Source: an archaeon | GTDB lineage: Archaea; Asgardarchaeota; Thorarchaeia; Thorarchaeales; Thorarchaeaceae | Direction of reading: 5' to 3' | DNA: 32,000 bases | Assembly: GCA_024275415.1 (NCBI GenBank) | Contig: JAJRZD010000059.1 | Coordinates: forward strand, 30,001-62,000 | Part shown: in pieces, positions 19,884 through 28,099 of the stretch | How the letters are laid out: every line of letters starts with the position of its first letter | How positions within the stretch are numbered: position 1 is the first letter of the stretch | Notes under the pieces: generated by a model | The model's database searches: none | What the model saw: only the letters and a program-made list of their open reading frames with translations | What the model was told of the DNA's origin: nothing | Program-made: the position numbers and the translations under genes

Positions 19884-20270
19884 ATGGATACTGACGACAC
19901 AGCTGGAAAACATCATGCTGAAGGAGTTTCTGTCCTTTCAGAGATACCCGCTGGTAAGGAATGCAAACTGGTTGATGTCGTCGCAGGTGACCGTGAGCAT
20001 CCTACAGGAGGGAGGAAGCACCGTAGAAGAGGACACCTCTTTGTCCACACAGATGAAGAGTCAGACTGGCATTTTTTCCATCCAAGAAGGATGGCAAAAA
20101 GGCGAATCATGCGAAGGTTACTGGATCTCGGGATAACGACGGGCTGCTCTTTCAAGGTCATACACGGTGGGTGAAAGGGCCCTGTCCTAATACAAGTAAG
20201 AGGGACAAGGGTCGCACTGGGACAAGGATTAGCACGGAAAATGCTAGTGAGAGTGGTAGATGGACAATGA
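19884..20270 (+). CDS. feoA: FeoA with His/Arg-rich insertion, interrupted by an in-frame TGA at codon 97 (20172-20174)
   Basis: RRLLDLGIT.G..FKVIHGG*KGPVLIQVRGTRVALGQGLARKMLV is the complete FeoA signature across the stop. The terminal TGA (20268-20270) overlaps the feoB ATG (ATGA). Confidence 0.9.
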
Positions 20271-21082
20271 CAATCAAAGTGGCACTTATCGGCAACCCTA
20301 ATGTGGGCAAGTCGGTGGTCTTCAATAATCTAACAGGGCTGAAACAACATACAGGAAACTGGCCAGGAAAGACGGTCGAGGTCAAACGTGGCAACTTCGA
20401 ATACAAGGACCACGATTTCGAAATCATCGACCTACCGGGCGTGTACAGTCTGAGCGCATTGTCGGATGACGAGCAGGTCGCACGGGAGTATCTTATCGAC
20501 CATCGCCCTGATGTGGTCGTTGATATCCTGAACGCAAGCCAGTTGGAGAGGAATCTCTACCTGACATTGCAGCTTGTCGAATTACAGGTCAACCTTGTGA
20601 TAGTCCTCAACATGTACGATGTGGTTCGGGCAAGAGGTGATACCATCGATATAGGCAAGTTGTCAGAGTTACTAGGAGCACCGGTCATTATGACTACTGC
20701 TACCAAGAAAGAGGGGATGGACGAGCTGAAACAGGCAATCTTGGATGTAGTGCCAGAACACACACATCTCCTAGAGGATGGAGAGCGGATTCCCAGCGAG
20801 CATTTAGCGGGTGATATCAATGGTAAAGACCACTTGCATTACCATCCCCGTCACCACCATCATGGGGAATTCGAGAAACTGAAACCGCCGTCTATCAAGT
20901 ACAAGCCTGAGATAGAGCGAAAACTGAAGATGCTCGTGAAAGTCTTGGAATCACGAAAGGATCTTTTTGACCGATTCCCTCCTCGATGGCTTGCCTTGAA
21001 AATACTGGAAGGCGATGAAGAGGTCATGGGGTTCGTCAACACTCCAAACTTGCGGAGAAAGGTCATGGAGGTACTCAGATGA
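20267..21082 (+). CDS. feoB: FeoB N-terminal GTPase domain (split FeoB)
   Basis: True start is ATG 20267 (MTIKVALIG). G1 GNPNVGKS, GNWPGKTVE, G3 DLPG, G4 NMYD. His-rich insert HLHYHPRHHHH. Confidence 0.93.
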   Translation: MTIKVALIGNPNVGKSVVFNNLTGLKQHTGNWPGKTVEVKRGNFEYKDHDFEIIDLPGVYSLSALSDDEQVAREYLIDHRPDVVVDILNASQLERNLYLTLQLVELQVNLVIVLNMYDVVRARGDTIDIGKLSELLGAPVIMTTATKKEGMDELKQAILDVVPEHTHLLEDGERIPSEHLAGDINGKDHLHYHPRHHHHGEFEKLKPPSIKYKPEIERKLKMLVKVLESRKDLFDRFPPRWLALKILEGDEEVMGFVNTPNLRRKVMEVLR

Positions 21083-22398
21083 ACGGACATGGACTCTCAC
21101 TGGAAAAGGAGTTCGATGATGAGATCTTTTACGAATCGCAACTGATGCTTGCCGATGAGAGATATGAGGTCATTAGTGAGATACTATGTCAGGTCTACCA
21201 GCCCGGGAAAAGGAAATGGGTGGTGAGCGATACCTTGGACAAGGTATTCTTGCACAAGTATCTCGGATTACCAATCTTCCTTCTCATCGTCTGGGCAATG
21301 TTTCATTTCACGTTTCAGGTAAGCGAGGTCTTCATGGCAATGATCGAAGTATCGCTTATCTGGCTTTCAGGCTTCACGGAGCAAATCCCGATTCCATGGC
21401 TTGCATCCCTGCTGACTGAAGGGATCATTGGAGGTGTTGGGTTCATCCTCGTGTTCCTTCCACCAATCCTTTTCATGTATATTGCCATCTCCATGCTGGA
21501 GGACAGCGGGTATCTGGCACGAGCTGCATTCGTCATGGACAGGATCATGATGAAGATGGGTCTCCACGGTAGGTCATTCATCCCGTTGCTACTCGGCTTC
21601 GGGTGCAGTGTGCCTGCTATCATGGCGTCAAGGACAGTTGATGGGCAGTCCAACCGGCTAGCGACCATTCTTGTCACTCCTTTGATGTCCTGTGCTGCAC
21701 GGCTTCCGGTCTATGTCCTCATCGCAGGGGTGTTCTTTCCAGACTATGCTGGCACAATGATATTCCTGATGTATATCCTTGGCATCGTGATGGCAGTCCT
21801 GATGTCCCTGATATTCAAGAACACGATATTCAAAGAGAAGACATCTCCCCTGCTGATGGAACTCCCAATGTACCAGATCCCCACACTGCACGGGACCCTG
21901 ACCCATGCATGGGAGCGAGGCTTTCTCTTTCTCAGGAAAGCAGGCACCTATCTACTCGGCGGCGCCATAATCCTCTGGTTTACCGCAAATACGGGCCCCG
22001 CAGGATTCGGTGTTCCAGTCGGAGAGTCCTATGTCGCAATGTTTGCGAGCCTGATAACTCCAATCTTTGAGCCTCTAGGGTTCCCGTGGCAGGTGGTCGC
22101 GGCACTTCTTTTCGGGCTTCTTGCAAAAGAGGTCGTGGTCGAATCTCTTGGGATCATATTCTCCGTTCAGGGTGAGTCCGCTGTCGGAGCGAGTCTGGCT
22201 CTGCTGCTTGGACCCGTTCAGGCACTTGCCCTAATGGTCTTCGTCTTGTTGTATACACCATGCATTGCTACTCTTGGAACCATAAAGAAGGAAACAGGAT
22301 CGTGGAAATGGACCCTGTTCTCTCTGGGATACCAAGTGATCCTCGCATATATTGGGGCTCTGGTAGTTGTATTAGTAGGAGGGTTCCTCTTTGGCTGA
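21079..22398 (+). CDS. feoB: FeoB membrane domain (split FeoB)
   Basis: SDTLDKVFLHKYLGLPIF, LEDSGYLARAAFVMD, GFGCSVPA, MSCAARLP, YTPCIAT. ATGA overlap with the GTPase gene. Confidence 0.93.
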   Translation: MNGHGLSLEKEFDDEIFYESQLMLADERYEVISEILCQVYQPGKRKWVVSDTLDKVFLHKYLGLPIFLLIVWAMFHFTFQVSEVFMAMIEVSLIWLSGFTEQIPIPWLASLLTEGIIGGVGFILVFLPPILFMYIAISMLEDSGYLARAAFVMDRIMMKMGLHGRSFIPLLLGFGCSVPAIMASRTVDGQSNRLATILVTPLMSCAARLPVYVLIAGVFFPDYAGTMIFLMYILGIVMAVLMSLIFKNTIFKEKTSPLLMELPMYQIPTLHGTLTHAWERGFLFLRKAGTYLLGGAIILWFTANTGPAGFGVPVGESYVAMFASLITPIFEPLGFPWQVVAALLFGLLAKEVVVESLGIIFSVQGESAVGASLALLLGPVQALALMVFVLLYTPCIATLGTIKKETGSWKWTLFSLGYQVILAYIGALVVVLVGGFLFG

Positions 22399-22858
22399 TG
22401 ACGATACTCTTCCGAGGTGGCCATTCCTCTACAATGTGCTGTTTGGAACGCTTTACCTGACAATCGGTATCACAGATATCTTGAGTGCACTGGGGATATC
22501 CATTTTCCCCTTCCGTCCCAAAGACATCATGTCGCCTCTCATGCTACTTATCACAGGTATCGTCTTTCTAGCTGGAACCCCGATGCTCAAGAGGCGTGAT
22601 GAAGAAGGTTACGCATTCACGCTCGTGGCGACCATTCTGGCTGCCATCCTTTTCGCGCTCCAAACATTGGTTCTTATCTCAAACGCGTTGGGTTGGGTTC
22701 TTGGACTTGAAGATTGGACAGAGTGGAACGTCATTTCAGATATCACCCCAGCGGTGTGGCTCTTCTTCCTAGTCGCAGTTGCATTCTGGATACTAAAGAC
22801 AACCAACCGGCTTGGTGGTGATAAGGGGATATTCCCTGCATCTATAGGAGGTAGTTGA
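22391..22858 (+). CDS. Four-TM hypothetical protein within the feo operon
   Basis: TTG start overlaps the feoB stop. Four hydrophobic helices. Abuts the feoC-like gene. Confidence 0.75.
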   Translation: MADDDTLPRWPFLYNVLFGTLYLTIGITDILSALGISIFPFRPKDIMSPLMLLITGIVFLAGTPMLKRRDEEGYAFTLVATILAAILFALQTLVLISNALGWVLGLEDWTEWNVISDITPAVWLFFLVAVAFWILKTTNRLGGDKGIFPASIGGS

Positions 22859-23125
22859 ATGCTAAAAGAGATACTCCAGTGCATGTTGTCAGACGGGTTG
22901 ACCAGCAAGAAACAGATAGCAGAAAAGATAGGCGTGCAGCCAGAAACCCTCGATGACATGCTTCGTCTTCTTGTCAAGAGAGGTATGCTGAAGGTCTCAG
23001 AGTGCGAGCCTGTCGAACAACCAAAGTGCGCAAGCTGTCCCATATCAGAAAGTGGCTGTACTAGCGATATCTGGGGGCAGGCATATTACGTGACCGACCG
23101 GGGTAGACGTTATGCACAACAGTAA
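22859..23125 (+). CDS. feoC: FeoC-like winged-HTH protein with Cys cluster
   Basis: SKKQIAEKIGVQPETLDDMLRLLVKRGML wHTH plus C...CASCP...GC. Last gene of the feo operon. Confidence 0.8.
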   Translation: MLKEILQCMLSDGLTSKKQIAEKIGVQPETLDDMLRLLVKRGMLKVSECEPVEQPKCASCPISESGCTSDIWGQAYYVTDRGRRYAQQ

Positions 23126-23359
23126 TGGTGTTTGTAGAATTATCTTGCTCGATGTCAAAATGGAATTTATTGTGAAACACACTTTCTGACGGCCCTGTAA
23201 TGGTTCGAATAATGTGAAGGAAAGTCAGAGTGTGAAATTGATCATATCACATAATTATTATCTATTTCAAAAGAAAATGTCCCATGAATTAGATCAAAAG
23301 ATGTGGGCTATTAGACTTGTCCAAATCCTGATTAAAAAGGCATTCTAGATGTTTTTCTT

Positions 23360-23884
23360 TCAATCATAGTTTCTCCAGTAATATTCAAAGTCGTCAATCG
23401 ACTGAAAATCCCCTTCTTTTCGTAGGATTCGATCTAAATCTCTTACAGAACCTATGTGTTTTGTCGTTCCTGTGCCAGTCGATTTCGATGCGAGCCTCCA
23501 TTTCTCAGCAACCACGACATATCTAATATCGACCATATTTACACTTGATTCAGCTGGTTCCCACTTGTATATCAAACCAACAATCACATGCCTTGTGAAC
23601 TCGTTGTATGGTCTTTTGCAGCCTCGCATTTTAACATCTGGATTCCTGAAGTATCCCGCACGACTACCCAGCGTAAAACCTGATATGCTATTCACGCCTT
23701 TCAGTCTACAAGTTTTTATATCAAATGCGACCAATTCATTTCCAAAATCCGCACCAGAAATCGTGAGATCCGGATACTCCCTATCGCCACCTCTCTCATA
23801 AGACAGTCCTAAATCATCCAGCGTCTTTTCAATTTCATACACAGTCATTTCTTCAAGTATTGCTGTAATTAGGGTTGATTTCAC
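23360..23884 (-). CDS. EcoRV-family type II restriction endonuclease-like protein (N-terminally short, no cognate methyltransferase in the window)
   Basis: YPD...FDIKT catalytic core, FTLG, EKW..A...GTGTTKHIGS and G.F.S.D.FEYYWRNY mirror EcoRV motifs. Confidence 0.85.
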   Translation of the reverse strand: MKSTLITAILEEMTVYEIEKTLDDLGLSYERGGDREYPDLTISGADFGNELVAFDIKTCRLKGVNSISGFTLGSRAGYFRNPDVKMRGCKRPYNEFTRHVIVGLIYKWEPAESSVNMVDIRYVVVAEKWRLASKSTGTGTTKHIGSVRDLDRILRKEGDFQSIDDFEYYWRNYD

Positions 23885-24075
23885 TGGAAGATCACATTCG
23901 AACCTTGAATAATGTTAAAAATCTAAGACCCTGAAGGAAGTTGACTTGAAAATTGCCACTCCAACTATCGGATAATGGACTTGTTCCACAGAGCCCCCCT
24001 CAGACAGAAAACTTAAATACAAAACTATCCAAATCAAGAACCGCGCCAACAGAACAATGCTAGTTGATAGTAGAG

Positions 24076-24091
24076 CCGAAAGGTTTATATA
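24076..24091 (+). promoter_or_regulatory. BRE-TATA promoter upstream of the tfb pair
   Basis: CCGAAAGG followed by TTTATATA (24084-24091). GGGGTGA RBS at 24252-24258 before ATG 24265. Confidence 0.55.
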
Positions 24092-24264
24092 TTAGTTTTT
24101 CTATATAAGTATTGCGAAAGGCTGTGCCTTTTGATATAAATGTAGCGGATACAACGGGGCGATAGACGATAGAGAAGCACCACCTTCTACTCTCTTTGTT
24201 TCACACCAAAGTTGACTTCATAGACCACTCCCCGACCTGCTCTATATATATGGGGTGATATGAA

Positions 24265-25227
24265 ATGTCCTCACGAACAGACCGGAAGAAGCGTGCAGAA
24301 AGACACGCGCGAGATCAAGAGGAGTTCAGGTGTCCAGAATGTGGTGGTACTGATGTTGTTCAAGACCTTGAAAAAGGTGAAAGGATCTGCGCCACCTGCG
24401 GACTCGTTTTGAGCGACCACAGGATCGACACCGGGCCCGAATGGAGGGCATTCACCTCTGACGAGAAGGATGCTCGGTCAAGAGCGGGTGCCCCGACAAA
24501 CTATGCAATCCATGACAAAGGCTTGTCAACTATGATTGACTGGCGCGACCATGATTCATCTGGAAAGAAGTTCTCCGCTAAGAAGCGTTCGGAGATCTAC
24601 AGGCTTCGCAAATGGCAGATTCGAACCAGAGTCCACTCCTCTGTCGATAGGAATCTGGCACAGGCGATGTCTGAGCTCGAGAGGCTGTCCTCACAGCTGG
24701 GACTCACGAAAAGCATCAAGGAGCTTGCAGCTCTCCTGTACAGGAAGCTCATCATCCGAAGACTTGCACGGAGCAGGTCGATAGATGCGATGGTCGGAGC
24801 TGCGATATATGCGGCGTGTCGGCTGAGGGAGTCACCAAGGTCGCTTGAGGAGATCGCTCGACACTCACGCGTCACCAAGAAGAAGATTGGTCAGCACTAC
24901 CGGCTTCTCGTGGAGAAGCTCAAGCTCAGGATGCCCATCTCGGATCCTGCGAACTATGTTCCGAGATTCATCACACAGCTTGGACTTCCTGGAGAGGTAC
25001 AACAGAAGGTGCTGGAGATTCTGACGCTGGCAAAGGAGAACCGAACACTTGTGACTGGCCGTGACCCGCGAGGGCTGGCTGCAGCAGCGATATACATCGC
25101 GTCAATCCTCACTGATCACAGGGTGACCCAGCGAGATATTGCCATGGCTGCGGGAGTCACAGAGGTAACAGTTCGCAACCGATACAAGGAGCTCGTGAAC
25201 AAACTCAACATCACGATGGCTCCCTAG
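24265..25227 (+). CDS. tfb: Transcription initiation factor IIB (TFB), copy 1
   Basis: Zn ribbon CPEC...CATC, B-reader GPEWRAF, RNLAQA, two cyclin folds, HTH TQRDIA.AAGVTEVTVRNRYKEL. Confidence 0.97.
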   Translation: MSSRTDRKKRAERHARDQEEFRCPECGGTDVVQDLEKGERICATCGLVLSDHRIDTGPEWRAFTSDEKDARSRAGAPTNYAIHDKGLSTMIDWRDHDSSGKKFSAKKRSEIYRLRKWQIRTRVHSSVDRNLAQAMSELERLSSQLGLTKSIKELAALLYRKLIIRRLARSRSIDAMVGAAIYAACRLRESPRSLEEIARHSRVTKKKIGQHYRLLVEKLKLRMPISDPANYVPRFITQLGLPGEVQQKVLEILTLAKENRTLVTGRDPRGLAAAAIYIASILTDHRVTQRDIAMAAGVTEVTVRNRYKELVNKLNITMAP

Positions 25228-25314
25228 GAGATATCCTAGTAGGTGATCATCACAACCCACGAATCAACGCACGCGACATGTGATCGCACTACATAGGAGA
25301 GAGATCTAAACAAT

Positions 25315-26295
25315 ATGGTATCTACACTTGGAATAGGAATGAAGCACTCACGGAAGAGAAGGAACACCAACAACATTCTGGAGGGGCACATCAAAGCCTG
25401 CTCTGAATGTGGTGGGACTGAGATCATCCGTGACAACGAGAAGGGGGAAATTATCTGCGCGACATGCGGTCTGATCCTAAGTGACCATCGCATCGATTCT
25501 GGTCCAGAATGGAGAGCCTTCACCAGTGATGAGAAAGACGCACGTTCTCGAACAGGAGCACCAACCAACTTTGCCCGCCATGACAAGGGACTTTCCACTG
25601 TCATCGATTGGCGCGACCATGACTCACAAGGGCGTCGCTTTACTTCGAAACAACGCGCTCAGATATACCGCCTGAGGACGTTGCATATCAGGACTCGAGT
25701 CCACGGTTCGCTCGACCGGAATCTTGCCCAGGCAATGACCGAAATGGACAGACTAGCATCGCAGCTAGGACTCTCTAAGGGTATAAAGGAGCTATCAGCG
25801 ATGCTTTATAGGAAGCTCATCGTCGGACTGAGAGCCAAGATCCGTTCAATCGACGCGACTGTCGCAGCATCAATCTATGCGGCTTGCAGACTGAGGAAAT
25901 CACCGCGCTCTCTTGAAGAGATTGCCAAGTTCTCACCAGTTTCTAAGAAGAAGATTGGTGCACACTATCGGATGCTAGCGACCAAGATGAAACTGCGAAT
26001 GCCTATCCCTGGCCCGGAGAACTACGTTTCAAGGTTCATCTCAGACCTAGGCCTTCCACCGGTGGTACAGAAGATGACCCTTGAAATCATCGAGCGAGCC
26101 AAGGAGGTCCGGAACCTTGTGTCCGGGAGAGACCCCCGGGGTCTTGCAGCAGCATCTATCTACATTGCGGCAATCATCACGGATCAACGAGTCACACAGC
26201 GAGCAATTGCTAGGACTGCTGGGGTCACTGAAGTCACTATCAGGAATCGTTACAAGGAGCTCGTGAAGAAGCTCGAACTCGCTATAGTTCCTTAA
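25315..26295 (+). CDS. tfb: Transcription initiation factor IIB (TFB), copy 2
   Basis: CSEC...CATC, GPEWRAF, RNLAQA, GRDPRGLAAA, GVTEVTIRNRYKEL. Start is 25315 or 25339. Confidence 0.97.
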   Translation: MVSTLGIGMKHSRKRRNTNNILEGHIKACSECGGTEIIRDNEKGEIICATCGLILSDHRIDSGPEWRAFTSDEKDARSRTGAPTNFARHDKGLSTVIDWRDHDSQGRRFTSKQRAQIYRLRTLHIRTRVHGSLDRNLAQAMTEMDRLASQLGLSKGIKELSAMLYRKLIVGLRAKIRSIDATVAASIYAACRLRKSPRSLEEIAKFSPVSKKKIGAHYRMLATKMKLRMPIPGPENYVSRFISDLGLPPVVQKMTLEIIERAKEVRNLVSGRDPRGLAAASIYIAAIITDQRVTQRAIARTAGVTEVTIRNRYKELVKKLELAIVP

Positions 26296-26392
26296 TGGAA
26301 CATTGGATGGCCGTAACACTGTTTGCGGTCATCTCCTCATTTTCTTTCGGACTGGAAAACTGTCGTGTAAGAACAGTAATCAGAATGCTAGC

Positions 26393-27049
26393 TCATTTGT
26401 GAGAGCTGTCAATCGCCTCAAAGAACTTCTCGGTGAGGAAAGCCCTATAGAGGAACCCTCCCCAGCCTGAATGCTTCATGAGGGTCGAGATGTCGCCGAG
26501 CAGCTCCTCCCTCGATGACACTTTCACATCAAAGATCTCGTACGTGTCGATAGGCTTCATCTCACCACCGACCTCACGCGCCAGAAAGACAAGAGAGCGC
26601 CATGGGATGATACCCTCGGCACACCGAACGTCAAGTGTGAGGTCAAGTACGAAGCGGTCAAGCTCGATGTCCAGCCCTGTTTCTTCTTTCATCTCTCTCT
26701 TGGCAGCCTCTTCGATCGGCTCACCATCCTTCGCACCTCCCGATGGCGCACGATAGATGCCAGTCCTCGAATAGGCGTGCTTCTGGATAGTGACATAACC
26801 TCCGTCCTTGGGAATGAAACAAGTAATATCGTGTTGTCGTCCTTTCAGGGAAGACCTACGGACGAGGTCACACTCGAAATCCAAGAAGTCAGCTGCAAAA
26901 TGAAACTTGAGAGGAATGCCGAACTTGGAAACTAGCAGTTCATATTCCTTGTCTGTGATGTCGTTCAGGATGCCTCGCCAGATGTCCCAGAGAACGCAGG
27001 AACAAAAGCATTGTGATGTGTAGCAATCTTTTTTCGGGTGTATGTACAT
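26393..27049 (-). CDS. Nudix hydrolase (start uncertain, possibly near 26968)
   Basis: Intact Nudix box GGAKDGEPIEEAAKREMKEETGL (G-x5-E-x7-REUxEExGU). Confidence 0.88.
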   Translation of the reverse strand: MYIHPKKDCYTSQCFCSCVLWDIWRGILNDITDKEYELLVSKFGIPLKFHFAADFLDFECDLVRRSSLKGRQHDITCFIPKDGGYVTIQKHAYSRTGIYRAPSGGAKDGEPIEEAAKREMKEETGLDIELDRFVLDLTLDVRCAEGIIPWRSLVFLAREVGGEMKPIDTYEIFDVKVSSREELLGDISTLMKHSGWGGFLYRAFLTEKFFEAIDSSHK

Positions 27050-27101
27050 AATCTACGCAGGTATATTCAGGATGTCGAGTCATAAGAGAGAACGGTGAGG
27101 G

Positions 27102-27584
27102 ATGGTTATGAGCAAATGGGAATGGGAATTCGGCAACCTTCGGGTGACACTCAGGATAGGTCCTGTCGACGATTCTGGGATGGGGCTCGTCGTGAAGTCT
27201 AGGAACATCCCGTTGGGCATGCATGCTGGAGGAATAGATGGCGGATTCAAGATCTCAGTCCAAGAAGCCTCCAATGCTGAACATATCGAGTATTGGCCGG
27301 CAATCACAATGCTTGACCAGGATAGACGACAGGCTATCAATCAGGCGGTCTGTCAGGCACTGTCGAAGGCAGAGGAAAGCAATGCGAAAGAAGTAGGGAT
27401 CTACACGATGGGGCTTGAAGTCTCCAGAGTGCCCAGTTGGGAGGTAGCAGAGGAGATAGCAAAGGCAGTGTATCAACATTCCATGAATGATTGCTCTGTC
27501 GGGCATGTGGTGGTCGTGGCAAGCTCGCCAACCCAGATGAGCTCGTTCCAATACGCCTTTGACAACGCTTCAATTCTCATTTAG
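27102..27584 (+). CDS. Macro-domain-like protein (degenerate)
   Basis: GGTGAGG RBS. HAGGIDGG loop, AV.QALSKAEE..AKEVGIYTMG..V...P...AEEI.KAV and VVVVASS follow macro-domain topology. Confidence 0.55.
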   Translation: MVMSKWEWEFGNLRVTLRIGPVDDSGMGLVVKSRNIPLGMHAGGIDGGFKISVQEASNAEHIEYWPAITMLDQDRRQAINQAVCQALSKAEESNAKEVGIYTMGLEVSRVPSWEVAEEIAKAVYQHSMNDCSVGHVVVVASSPTQMSSFQYAFDNASILI

Positions 27585-27691
27585 GAGTTGGATCGGTATT
27601 CAAAGTAAATGCATACAAGTGATAAGAACTCGATCAGAAAGACTGCACTATCCAACAAGCAAGTACATATGGTTCTACCCAGTGAAAAGGA

Positions 27692-28099
27692 TTGAAGGTG
27701 GAAATGTTGAATGCTGAAAGGGGGTTTGGCAAAGCACAGATGTATAGAGATATTGCCCTCGAGTCAATTGAAAAGAAAAGATTCGACTTTGCCGGATTCT
27801 CAGCTCAACAGGCAGTAGAATTCTTTCTTAAAGGATTCCTGATCGAACTTGTAGGAGTTCGGCCATACACGCATTCGCTCCCTGAACTGTTAGCGGCCCT
27901 TAACGAAGCAGGTATAGAAAGTCCTCCCGATGTCAAGGACTGTGTGAAAAGTCTTGCAGAACATTACATTCAGGCCCGCTATCCTGATGCTCGCGTGACA
28001 GAATATGACCACGAGGAGGCAATTGAAGCCATCAAGTGCATGGAGGTGACCCTCGATTTCCTTACCAAAATTCATACGGAGTCTTCGAAAGGCAAATGA
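27692..28099 (+). CDS. HEPN domain protein (COG2250-type)
   Basis: AGFSAQQAVEFFLKG, THSLPEL, HYIQARYPD. Confidence 0.88.
   Translation: MKVEMLNAERGFGKAQMYRDIALESIEKKRFDFAGFSAQQAVEFFLKGFLIELVGVRPYTHSLPELLAALNEAGIESPPDVKDCVKSLAEHYIQARYPDARVTEYDHEEAIEAIKCMEVTLDFLTKIHTESSKGK

Noticed and set aside
20171-20266. Track's 32-aa N-terminal extension of FeoB (MKGPCPNTSK...)
   Set aside because: This is an alternate frame of the feoA 3' end. FeoB homology begins at ATG 20267.
23885-23990. In-frame upstream extension of the EcoRV-like gene across a TAA (…IVGVAIFK…)
   Set aside because: Similarity to the EcoRV N-terminus is too weak and no start codon was found.
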